A stretch of 64,000 nt of DNA from a virus (lineage: Duplodnaviria > Caudoviricetes): positions 1,126-65,125 of the IMG/VR virus record IMGVR_UViG_2541047088_000005, one strand, 5' to 3'. A model generated the notes under the pieces. That model saw nothing but the letters and a program-made list of their open reading frames with translations, ran no database searches and was not told the origin of the DNA. Both the position numbers and the translations under genes were made by a program. Each line of letters starts with the position of its first letter. The first letter of the stretch is position 1. Below, piece after piece: positions 49,661 through 58,300 of this stretch.

Positions 49661-49710
49661 AAAAATATCACTCCATTTCCTTCTCAATCTATTTCTAAAT
49701 TTTTATATTT

Positions 49711-50523
49711 TCAGCCCGTGTTATTGAAGAACCCATCAAAGTATTCGTCTCCGTATGTCCTCTGTTCAAAGTTGCTCCTGTTAGATGGCTGCTCCTTTTT
49801 CTGAGAGGAAAACAAGGTACTGTTCTTTTCCCATGTCCTTACACAAGCTTTCCAATCCTTCACTTTTGATTTACCTCTCGTCCATCCGTTAGCTATGTAA
49901 TGGTCAACAAATTTTTCAGGATCCACACTATTATTTCGTTCCTGACAATAATCTTGTACTTCCTCAAGTGTAGGTGGAACAAATTTTTGTGTTTTAGGAT
50001 TTGACACATATATATCTTTTAATTCTTTTATATTCTTAATATTCTTTATATTCTTTTTATTTGGTTCTCGGTTGGTTTTCTGTTGGTTATTTTGTTGGTT
50101 GTCGATATCCTTTAAAGCCTTATCATTACTAGCGTTGCCGTTGGTTGTTTCGTTGGTTATGTTTTGGCGTATATTTACCCTATCAGTGTCCAAAGTGTCA
50201 TTTGACTGGTACTTCTCCCAGTTTACAACCGTAATAACAGAATACCTTCTGCCTACAGTGTCAAGTGTGATCATTGAATCCTGCTTCAAGAGGTCAATAA
50301 TGCTTCTAAGCTTACCTTCTGGAATATTAAGTAGCCTACTCCATTCAGGACGGCCATAAATTAGCTGCCCTGAATGAATAGTCACCATTGTTCCCTTACA
50401 GGGCTTTTTATAGTCTTTGTATGCAGCACTAAGGAGAATATAGTTCCAAACTTTAAAAGCATATGCATCTTGAAAAACCCAATGATCAACAATATTTCTA
50501 TATTCTTTTATAAACCCTTGTAT
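49711..50523 (-). CDS. Phage replication initiator; reading frame extends to an ATA codon at 50523
   Basis: In-frame N-terminus QGFIKEYRNIVDHWVFQD...KVWNYILL; C-terminal FVPPTLEEV...KDWKACVRTWEKN. Confidence 0.85.
   Translation of the reverse strand: MQGFIKEYRNIVDHWVFQDAYAFKVWNYILLSAAYKDYKKPCKGTMVTIHSGQLIYGRPEWSRLLNIPEGKLRSIIDLLKQDSMITLDTVGRRYSVITVVNWEKYQSNDTLDTDRVNIRQNITNETTNGNASNDKALKDIDNQQNNQQKTNREPNKKNIKNIKNIKELKDIYVSNPKTQKFVPPTLEEVQDYCQERNNSVDPEKFVDHYIANGWTRGKSKVKDWKACVRTWEKNSTLFSSQKKEQPSNRSNFEQRTYGDEYFDGFFNNTG
50011..50158. repeat. Candidate replication origin: five GTTGGTT iterons next to an AT-rich repeat
   Basis: GTTGGTT at 50071, 50082, 50094, 50140, 50152; TATTCTTT repeats at 50011-50058, inside rep as in lambda O. 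Confidence 0.65.
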
Positions 50524-50627
50524 ATTACCGCCCCCTGTATATTTGAACTACAGCCCCCGCTAAATCAAATAATGAAAGTTGCTTTGGCTGAAGAAATATT
50601 TCTTATAACAAAACCTTATCAAACTGC

Positions 50628-50879
50628 TCATTCCTTCACTCCCTCACTTATATCAGCTATACAATGAGGACATATATTTTTACCCTTAAAATTAGTTATA
50701 TTCTTGGCATTACCGCAGAATATGCAAGCCGGCTCATACTTTTTCAAAATAATAGTTTCTTCATCCACAAAAATCTCTAAAGCATCCTTCTCCTCAATAT
50801 CAAGTGTTCTTCTCAGCTCAACTGGTAAAACAACTCTACCCAACTCATCAACTTTTCTTACAATACCTGTAGCTTTCAT
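50628..50879 (-). CDS. AbrB/MazE/SpoVT-family regulator
   Basis: MKATGIVRKVDELGRVVLPVELRRTL. Confidence 0.92.
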   Translation of the reverse strand: MKATGIVRKVDELGRVVLPVELRRTLDIEEKDALEIFVDEETIILKKYEPACIFCGNAKNITNFKGKNICPHCIADISEGVKE

Positions 50880-50972
50880 ATAATTAAATCCTCCTTAGAA
50901 TTTGTAATATTATAAATAACTCAATATTCCTATTCGACCTTCTAAATAGGCAGCATTGTGTGTTTATACTCA

Positions 50973-51048
50973 TTGACACATGCCAACTGCCCATGCTAGA
51001 ATCAAATTAACGTTTTTATCTTAGCGGCTTTCAATAGCTGCTTTTTTT
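50973..51048 (+). ncRNA. Candidate antisense small RNA (promoter, about 40 nt, terminator)
   Basis: TTGACA-18-TAGAAT with TG extension; AGCGGC/GCTGCT hairpin followed by T-run. Confidence 0.5.
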
Positions 51049-51140
51049 ATGTCTTTTTCTACTAAAACAATCTTTCTGTCTCCATCATAGGAAACACTCA
51101 AGCCCAGCTTTCTGAGCAATAATGCAAGTTTGACTGTCAT
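51021..51140 (-). CDS. Small hypothetical protein (39 aa)
   Basis: GGGAGG RBS; MTVKLALLLRKLG...KKAAIESR. Confidence 0.55.
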   Translation of the reverse strand: MTVKLALLLRKLGLSVSYDGDRKIVLVEKDIKKAAIESR

Positions 51141-51155
51141 AAACTCTGTCCCTCC

Positions 51156-51761
51156 CTACAAACACACAAGACCTTCGTCAATATATCCGCAGTTTACTTC
51201 CCTTATCAGACTTTCAAGCTCACCAACACCATACTCCCTGATAAGCTGTTCTTTAAGGGTTTCAATCCAGTATTCAGCCTCCAATATTTCCTTGACCATC
51301 TTCCGCATACGCGACATATCAGTGTTTGTGACACTCTGGTATGCAAACTCCTTGAGACTGTTCACATGCTCCTCGGCTTCCTTCATATTCCTAACAGTAA
51401 TGGCAGTCAGATTTTTAGGCATCTTATTTGGAAGTATGAAATTCAGTTTCCTTCCTATAGGACAATTACATTTGCAGTGTGCATTCAGCAGAGCAGGTTC
51501 ATTATAAAGCCGGGCCATATTAAAAACATTCTGAGGATCAGGCATTGTTTCGCCATTCTCCATATTTGAAAGAGTCTGCCGTGTGACGTGTAGCTTTCCG
51601 GCGGCTTCCTTTGTGCCAAGCCCACAAGTGATCCGGGCCTGCCGTGCAATTTCTCCAAACTTCATTTTACTTTCACCTCCTATTCGTAAAGTAGAAATGT
51701 ACCAACTGAAATAGACTTGCAATGTAGCTGGTAATATAATGGCATTGTCAAACCACTTCAT
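51156..51761 (-). CDS. XRE-family HTH protein with CxCxCPIG motif
   Basis: HVTRQTLSNMENGETMP; HCKCNCPIG. Confidence 0.75.
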   Translation of the reverse strand: MKWFDNAIILPATLQVYFSWYISTLRIGGESKMKFGEIARQARITCGLGTKEAAGKLHVTRQTLSNMENGETMPDPQNVFNMARLYNEPALLNAHCKCNCPIGRKLNFILPNKMPKNLTAITVRNMKEAEEHVNSLKEFAYQSVTNTDMSRMRKMVKEILEAEYWIETLKEQLIREYGVGELESLIREVNCGYIDEGLVCL

Positions 51762-51777
51762 ACCAAGCCTTCACTTC

Positions 51778-52044
51778 TCAAGCCCCTTCCGCCCGGTGTT
51801 CCAGTCCTTGGGGAGTTCTCTCCCTCTCCTGCATCTTCAAATCCTCAAGCATCTTGCCAACATAGCTGTCAACATCTCCGACTGTAGCCCTCAAAAGCTT
51901 GTTGGTATGTTCCTCAAGTGTTATCTCCGGCACTTCCCCATATGGCTCATAAGTCTCGGAAAGCTTTTCCCCTGTTTTCCTGTCAATCGATACCTTATGG
52001 ATGTACTGCTTAACCTTCACATCTGCTTCAACTGCCACTTCCAT
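51778..52044 (-). CDS. Hypothetical protein
   Basis: GGAGGTG RBS before MEVAVE. Confidence 0.5.
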   Translation of the reverse strand: MEVAVEADVKVKQYIHKVSIDRKTGEKLSETYEPYGEVPEITLEEHTNKLLRATVGDVDSYVGKMLEDLKMQERERTPQGLEHRAEGA

Positions 52045-52252
52045 CACCTCCGGCAATATAGAATACTTCTCCCAGCTCCTTCCCAAAGAATAAGCAAACT
52101 TTCAGCATAAGACCCGGCCCGGGAGAAAACCTCTGGTTCTCAAGCTTGGATAAATATGTACGGGTCACTCCCAAGACTTCTGAAAGTTCCTCCTGATTAA
52201 GTCCTCTGGACTCCCGTAATTTTTGAATATTGTTTTTGATAGGAATGTTCAT
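52028..52252 (-). CDS. XRE HTH regulator
   Basis: NQEELSEVLGVTRTYLSKLENQRFSP. Confidence 0.85.
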   Translation of the reverse strand: MNIPIKNNIQKLRESRGLNQEELSEVLGVTRTYLSKLENQRFSPGPGLMLKVCLFFGKELGEVFYIAGGDGSGS

Positions 52253-52266
52253 ATTTCCCTTGCCTC

Positions 52267-52506
52267 CTATGCGGATTCTTGCTTCTTAATGTAGCAACGG
52301 TTCCCAAAAAAAATTTCCTCCGGAAATGCTTCTTCAATAGTGACACCAAAAGCATCTGATATTTTATGTGCAACCTCAAAGCTTGGGTTCCTTTCTCCAT
52401 TCTCAATAAACCCATAATGACTTCTATTAATGGCAACCATATCTGCAACTTGAACCTGAGTTAAGTTACTTTTTTTTCTAAGGGTAATAAGTTTTTCTCT
52501 CTTCAT
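52267..52506 (-). CDS. Cro-like HTH regulator
   Basis: TQVQVADMVAINRSHYGFIENGERNP; divergent from repressor. Confidence 0.85.
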   Translation of the reverse strand: MKREKLITLRKKSNLTQVQVADMVAINRSHYGFIENGERNPSFEVAHKISDAFGVTIEEAFPEEIFFGNRCYIKKQESA

Positions 52507-52517
52507 TCTAACCTCCT

Positions 52518-52631
52518 GCGACATATTGTAGCTTTAATAAGTATTATAATGCTACTTATTGTAGCTGTCAATATGAAATTATACTTTTTGCTTCTTTTTG
52601 TAGCAGTTATTTCAATGCTACAATTTGTAGT
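52518..52631. promoter_or_regulatory. Genetic switch: four 15-bp operators and lytic promoter
   Basis: GCGACATATTGTAGC (52518), GCTACTTATTGTAGC (52551), GCTTCTTTTTGTAGC (52590), GCTACAATTTGTAGT (52617); TTGACA-17-TATAAT on minus strand (52571-52543). Confidence 0.8.
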
Positions 52632-52657
52632 ATACAATTAATTTAGAGGTGTAAATA

Positions 52658-53002
52658 ATGCTAAAAGTACGTATTTCACAATTACGCAAAGAGGTTAACT
52701 TAACTCAAGAAGAACTATCTAAAAAACTAAAAATAACTCGCTCCGCTTTATCCCTTTATGAACTTGGGAAAAGAGACCCCGATACTGAAACTTTAAATCT
52801 GCTGGCAGACTTTTTTCATGTTTCCGTTGACTACCTTCTCGGACGTACTGATATTCGTGATTTATCAGAATCAAAAGTTGAAACCAGAGCATACCATAAT
52901 CTTGATGTTGCTGGCCTGCCGGACGAAGCCATAAAAAAGGTTGAGGATTATATTGAACTGGTAAAGCTAAAATATAACCCGGATGGGAGTTTGAAAAAGT
53001 AA
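52658..53002 (+). CDS. CI-like repressor 1
   Basis: TQEELSKKLKITRSALSLYELGKRDP...SVDYLLGRT. Confidence 0.88.
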   Translation: MLKVRISQLRKEVNLTQEELSKKLKITRSALSLYELGKRDPDTETLNLLADFFHVSVDYLLGRTDIRDLSESKVETRAYHNLDVAGLPDEAIKKVEDYIELVKLKYNPDGSLKK

Positions 53003-53129
53003 GTAAATTATAAATAAAAAGTACAAGCCATTTGGGTCTAAGTTATTGTTATTTTGTATTTATTAAGGGTACTGTCTAAAATACATGAACCACTTTACTA
53101 AAGGAGTACATATGCATCCAATAAATAAG

Positions 53130-53225
53130 TATAATACAGAATACTTCTCCCAACTCCTTGCCAAAAAATAAGCAAACTTTCTACATAAACCCGGTTTCGG
53201 AGAAAACTTCTGGTTTTCAATCTTG
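53130..53225 (-). pseudogene. Relic 3' fragment of a second copy of the 52028..52252 HTH gene
   Basis: DNA closely matches about 52060-52150 (gaatacttctccca..aagcaaacttt..ggagaaaac..ctgg). Confidence 0.7.
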
Positions 53226-53393
53226 GCTAAATTCAAAACCCAAGACCTCAGCAATCGCTTTTGCTGTATCATGTGAAGGTCTCACACTTTCAGTTTCAAA
53301 TTTACTAATCAGGCTTCTCTCAACACCTATCTTTTGTGGGAGCTTTTCCCGTGATAAGTCTGAGTTTTCTCTAATGGTTTTAAACCACTTCAT
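53217..53393 (-). CDS. Second Cro-like HTH (58 aa, not in ORF track)
   Basis: MKWFKTIRENSDLSREKLPQKIGVERSLISKFETESVRPSHDTAKAIAEVLG. Confidence 0.6.
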   Translation of the reverse strand: MKWFKTIRENSDLSREKLPQKIGVERSLISKFETESVRPSHDTAKAIAEVLGFEFSQD

Positions 53394-53481
53394 TTCTAAT
53401 TTACCGCCATATCAATTGAATGGTAATGTTCACATTTACGAGGTGAAAATAATTCACATGCAATAATAAAGAGGTGTACTT

Positions 53482-53832
53482 ATGGAAGAAAAATTACTTC
53501 GGAAATTAAGAAAATCAAAAAAACTGACCCAAGCAGATGTGGCTTCTGCTCTTGAAATTGGAAGAAGCACGTATACTAAATATGAGTCCGGAAAAAGTAA
53601 ACCAGTCTCCGAAATGCTAATCAAAATAGCTGATTATTTCGGTGTTTCTGTTGATTACCTTCTTGGACGTACTGATATTCGCAATTATCAGGAATCAAAA
53701 ATTAAAACAAAAGCATATCACAATCTTGATGTTACTGGCTTGCCGGATGAAGCAGTAAAGCAAGTGGAAGATTATATAGAACTTATAAAACTTAAATATA
53801 AACCGGATGGGAGTTATAAAAAAGGCTTGTAA
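53482..53832 (+). CDS. CI-like repressor 2 (paralogue)
   Basis: TQADVASALEIGRSTYTKYESGKSKP; C-terminal region 47/59 identical to repressor 1. Confidence 0.88.
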   Translation: MEEKLLRKLRKSKKLTQADVASALEIGRSTYTKYESGKSKPVSEMLIKIADYFGVSVDYLLGRTDIRNYQESKIKTKAYHNLDVTGLPDEAVKQVEDYIELIKLKYKPDGSYKKGL

Positions 53833-53840
53833 AATATAAG

Positions 53841-53865
53841 AAGAACAGTTATTGCTGTTCTTTTT
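53841..53865 (+). terminator. Intrinsic terminator
   Basis: AAGAACAG-ttattg-CTGTTCTT followed by T-run. Confidence 0.65.
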
Positions 53866-54127
53866 ATATTTTTTATTTCTAAATTATCTATAAAATATTA
53901 TCTATAAAATAAAATTGGGGCTTATTTTGCATAACCATTCCTTGTAGGGATTATGATTATTTCAGTACCAGTTGTCAATTAAACATTCCCCGCTATTATT
54001 TTACTATTTACATTAATTTTCTCATCAGTTTTTCAATATAATATCTTATTTATTTAATTTATAACATATTATACCATTTATTTGAAATAACTGGTATAAT
54101 TGATGAGTATATAATAGGAGGGTTTAA

Positions 54128-55846
54128 ATGAACAACACTTTAATTTTACAGGATTGTCTTGAGGAATTCATTTGTCAAAATGAACTGGGCGAAATTAAGC
54201 ATCAAGATGCTTTTGAAATGTTCTCAATATTACAAATTACGAAGGAATCCGAAACCTCTTATGACGAGTTAAGTTCTTGCATCGTAGATGGTGGTCTAGA
54301 TGGTGGAATAGATTCATTTATTATTTTAGTTAACGATAAGGCCATAAACTCAGAAGATCAGTTACCTGAAATTAAGATTATTGAAAGTTCTAACATACAG
54401 ATTTTCATTAACCAATCGAAATATGAAAATTCTTTTAAAGAAGGCCCAATAAATAACCTTCAATCATCAATGCCTATTATATTAGATATTGACGCTTTAG
54501 AGGATATTCTACTAGAGAGATTTAACCCTTTATTAGTTGAAAAAATATTATTATTTAGATCAATCTGGAGATTATGTATTAAGAAAAAGGCAAGTATAAA
54601 TTTAAAGTATACATATAGCAGTAAATCAAACGAAATATGTATTAACAAATCATTTCAGTCTAAAGTAGATCAGCTAATTGCATTTACAAAGAATAACATG
54701 AATATTGATAATATCGGATTTAAATTATATAGTGCAAAAGAACTCCTAACAATATATAGTAAGCAAACATCTAAAGAACTAGAACTAAAATTTAAAGAAA
54801 ATCCAGTTCCTGTTTCTTTTAGGGAAACAGAGTTTGGTTACATTGGTATAGTGGCCTTAAACGACTACTATAATTTTATTACTAATGACGGTAATTCCAT
54901 TAGAGAAAATATTTTCGAAAATAATATTAGGCACTATCAAGGGGCAGTTGATGTTAATAATAATATTTCATTGACCTTAAGGAATGACAATGAAAACGAT
55001 TTTTGGTGGCTAAATAACGGAATTACTATTATAGCGTCGAATTGCAGGCCTCTTTTAAAAACCCTTTTTCTAGAAGATCCTCAAATAGTAAACGGTTTAC
55101 AAACATCTTATACAATAGGTAAATATTATTCTGAACCTAAAAATGAAAACAGATCAATTTTAATAAAAGTTATACAATCAAATAATAAGAAAACTATCGA
55201 TAAAATCATTTCTGCCTCCAATAGTCAAAATCCTGTCCCACCTTCACTATTGAGGGCTACAGACGATATTCAAAGAGATTTAGAGATCTATTGTTTAAAT
55301 AAAGGATATTATTATGATAGGCGAAAAAATTACTATAAGAACAAGCAAAAACCCGCAAATAAAATAATAAGTATTCAAAATATGGCTCAAGCAATAGAAG
55401 CTATTTTAAATTATAGTCCTGCTAACGCTAGATCGAAACCAACTACGCTTATTAAAGAAGAAATATCATATAAAAAAATATTTAATCCCAATATAGATTT
55501 TGGTGCATATCTTACTTGTTCAATAATTTGCCAAAAAGTAGCAGACTTTATTAAGAATAATGTGAATTCGGATGAGAAAGGCATTCAAAGAAATTTTATG
55601 TATCACTTAGCTAGAGTTACTGTATCATTTATTTTATGTAAGCATAATTATAACTCTGATGAAATAGCAAGAATAAGAGAAGATTCCATTTCTATAGAAA
55701 AAATAAAAGATGCAAATGATTTTTTGGCACAGGTAATTTACAAGTACAGGGAATCTAATCCGAAAGAAAATATAATAAATATCTCAAAGTCAAATAAATT
55801 TGTTACCTTATTAAATGATAGTCTGAAAATTATTTTTAATGACTGA
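54128..55846 (+). CDS. AIPR-family protein
   Basis: DGGLDGGID, IFENNIRHYQG, FWWLNNGITIIA, PQIVNGLQTS, SNSQN. Confidence 0.88.
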   Translation: MNNTLILQDCLEEFICQNELGEIKHQDAFEMFSILQITKESETSYDELSSCIVDGGLDGGIDSFIILVNDKAINSEDQLPEIKIIESSNIQIFINQSKYENSFKEGPINNLQSSMPIILDIDALEDILLERFNPLLVEKILLFRSIWRLCIKKKASINLKYTYSSKSNEICINKSFQSKVDQLIAFTKNNMNIDNIGFKLYSAKELLTIYSKQTSKELELKFKENPVPVSFRETEFGYIGIVALNDYYNFITNDGNSIRENIFENNIRHYQGAVDVNNNISLTLRNDNENDFWWLNNGITIIASNCRPLLKTLFLEDPQIVNGLQTSYTIGKYYSEPKNENRSILIKVIQSNNKKTIDKIISASNSQNPVPPSLLRATDDIQRDLEIYCLNKGYYYDRRKNYYKNKQKPANKIISIQNMAQAIEAILNYSPANARSKPTTLIKEEISYKKIFNPNIDFGAYLTCSIICQKVADFIKNNVNSDEKGIQRNFMYHLARVTVSFILCKHNYNSDEIARIREDSISIEKIKDANDFLAQVIYKYRESNPKENIINISKSNKFVTLLNDSLKIIFND

Positions 55847-55913
55847 CTCTTCAAACAGTCCTAAATAATTTTATAGGAAATTAGAATTTAAACCTAAAAA
55901 GATTTAGAATGAC

Positions 55914-55943
55914 AAAGGTACCCTTTATAACGGGCACCTTTTT
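55914..55943. terminator. Terminator between convergent AIPR and DUF262 genes
   Basis: AAAGGT.CCC...GGG.ACCTTT hairpin. Confidence 0.55.
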
Positions 55944-55944
55944 G

Positions 55945-57003
55945 TTATTCTAAACTACAATATTTTTTTATTGCTTCCAACCTTTTAGCTCTTTGCGCTT
56001 TTGTTCTAGTACCGTAATCCATACTCTTCTTATAATCTAAAATATTTTTGTCTTTGGTGTTTCCGGATCTTAAACCTTCAAACATTTTAACAAGTTTGGC
56101 TCTAACCTTCTCAGGGCCGATGCTATTTTTAACACAATAGTCAGCAAAAGCCCATAATCCGTAAAGATGACTACTCCGTCCGATTTTATATTTTTTAAAA
56201 TCTAATTTTAAACTTTCAATAAATTTAGTATTTAAAATAAACCTGTTTTTAATCTCTGAAATATCAATATCATCAAAATTATCATTCCACTTTTTATACA
56301 GATCATCTATATCTTTAGGTTCAGCCGAATTTACTTTCCCATCCTCTAGCAAAACAAATAATATCTCTGATATGAATTCGTGATCAGCCATTCTATTTAC
56401 CCTAAGATTACTTAATCTTGTTTTCCAAAAAGGTATTTCTGCTAATTCAATAATTATTTTATACAAATCAGAATGATAGAATTGTGCTTTTCTAAGTTCT
56501 TGCGGTGTAAGTACTTCACCATTTCTATTTAGCCTGTCGAAGATATTATCAATTGTTTCGCCCGAATCGGTATCTATATATTCAATTGTTAATTGATATT
56601 TCCAAAAATGTCGTATATAAGCTGATAGGGCATCGTCTTTTTTTATTTCTGAAAAAAGTAATCCGTTTAGTCTGTCATCTCCAAAAATATCATCTCCAAA
56701 GAAATCAGGTACTGGAACCTTATCTTCAATAAAATCTATTATAGATGTTAGTCGTTGTTTCCCATCAATAACATCATATCTAGATGTACCATCCTTTAAT
56801 ATAATCTGATGCAGAAATATTGGAGGTAAGGGGAAATTTTTTAAAATCGAATCAATTAAGAACGACTTTAGTTCTAAGCTCCACACATCTCCTCTTCTTT
56901 GATATGGTGGACTTAAATTATACTTACTAGGTGTTAATTTATAACCTTGATAAAACTCCGATAATGAAATATTATTCGATGATCTTGGCAAAAAATTTTC
57001 CAT
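55945..57003 (-). CDS. DUF262 (GmrS/ParB-like) protein
   Basis: PPYQRR..VW, LIDSILKNFPLPPIFL, VIDGKQRLTSI, IFDRLNRNG. Confidence 0.88.
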   Translation of the reverse strand: MENFLPRSSNNISLSEFYQGYKLTPSKYNLSPPYQRRGDVWSLELKSFLIDSILKNFPLPPIFLHQIILKDGTSRYDVIDGKQRLTSIIDFIEDKVPVPDFFGDDIFGDDRLNGLLFSEIKKDDALSAYIRHFWKYQLTIEYIDTDSGETIDNIFDRLNRNGEVLTPQELRKAQFYHSDLYKIIIELAEIPFWKTRLSNLRVNRMADHEFISEILFVLLEDGKVNSAEPKDIDDLYKKWNDNFDDIDISEIKNRFILNTKFIESLKLDFKKYKIGRSSHLYGLWAFADYCVKNSIGPEKVRAKLVKMFEGLRSGNTKDKNILDYKKSMDYGTRTKAQRAKRLEAIKKYCSLE

Positions 57004-57008
57004 AGTTT

Positions 57009-58064
57009 TCACACTCCTAAAATATCTGTATCCGTATAACATTGATAATTATTAAATAAGCTAGTTAAAACCGCATTTAATGTCTTTGGTGGTTTTGGGT
57101 TAATAAGCTTAATATTAACATTTGGGTCAAAGGATGTCAGCAACTCATCTATCTCAGATCTATCAACATGCCAATAAGATACTCCACAGAGTATGACATC
57201 GTCATTATCTTTTAATGTTTTTGCTATTTTGACGGCTTCTTTTCTAAGTTTTACAGACCATTCATTATAAATTCGCCCCGAATCTCCTGCAGGAGGTATT
57301 ATTGAATTAGTTAATGTAGGCCTAGTTAAATCTTCATATCTTACACCTAGTTCATTTAAAGAAGGGCCAGATATCTCTTTGTTATAAATATTAATATCAC
57401 CACTAAATATTCGTTTATCATAAAAACTTATTGATCCATGCGGCTTAATAATCTTTACTGAGCTATTTCGATTTACATCAATCTTTACAATATCAAAAGT
57501 GATCTCTAAATACTTCAACATACGTTCAAGCCATATATCATAATTATATGTTACTATGAATATTTTATCATATTCCCCACTTCCACTTTTAAACTTTGCA
57601 AAAAATTTTAGCCACTTCCATTTTAAAAAGTCACTGTTATTTATAATTGAACCAAAATCCATAATTTTATCATAATTAATAAATAGGTATTTTAAATAAT
57701 GAGATAATTCTAAATATGCATTTATGTACACATTCCCAGTAGGCTTAGTGTTTCTATTATAAATATCTTGTCTGCTACTTGGATTTTTAAATATTGCACT
57801 TTCAGTGGCATTCGCACATGTAACAATTTCTTCAATTATCTCTAAAGATTCCTCCTTAGAAATATTAGGATGTGCTCCTAAATTCCATAAAAAAGGAGAG
57901 TATTTATAAGATAGAAATCCCTTTTCCCCATTTTCAGGCCAAGGAACTCTGGCTCCGTTACTAAAAAGGTTCATTACATCTATATCTTTAATTCCAATTT
58001 GAGAAATTAAATCAATAGAAAATCCATTTCCCAGTATCAAGAATAACTTTTTTATTTTTACCAC
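57009..58064 (-). CDS. SIR2-like/AbiH-like protein
   Basis: LILGNGFS, VTYNYD, KPHGS, CGVSYWHVD. Confidence 0.7.
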   Translation of the reverse strand: MVKIKKLFLILGNGFSIDLISQIGIKDIDVMNLFSNGARVPWPENGEKGFLSYKYSPFLWNLGAHPNISKEESLEIIEEIVTCANATESAIFKNPSSRQDIYNRNTKPTGNVYINAYLELSHYLKYLFINYDKIMDFGSIINNSDFLKWKWLKFFAKFKSGSGEYDKIFIVTYNYDIWLERMLKYLEITFDIVKIDVNRNSSVKIIKPHGSISFYDKRIFSGDINIYNKEISGPSLNELGVRYEDLTRPTLTNSIIPPAGDSGRIYNEWSVKLRKEAVKIAKTLKDNDDVILCGVSYWHVDRSEIDELLTSFDPNVNIKLINPKPPKTLNAVLTSLFNNYQCYTDTDILGV

Positions 58065-58300
58065 CTCAAAATTACCTATATAGGTACTAAAATAAATAGC
58101 TTTAAATAACCTTATCATAAATGAAAAAATTGTGCAATTAATTGTCACAATTTACTCATAATTACATAGTTAGATAACATTTGTTTAATTACAATTATGC
58201 TAAATTAAATAATATAATTTTTTTCTCTTTAATAAGTAAAAAAAATAATGTAGAATATTCAAGTGTAAGAATACAAAAGATATATTTAAGGAGTAACTAA

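Noticed and set aside
53883-53910. 14-bp tandem repeat ATTATCTATAAAAT x2
   Set aside because: Only two copies in very AT-rich intergenic DNA; likely slippage with no supportable function
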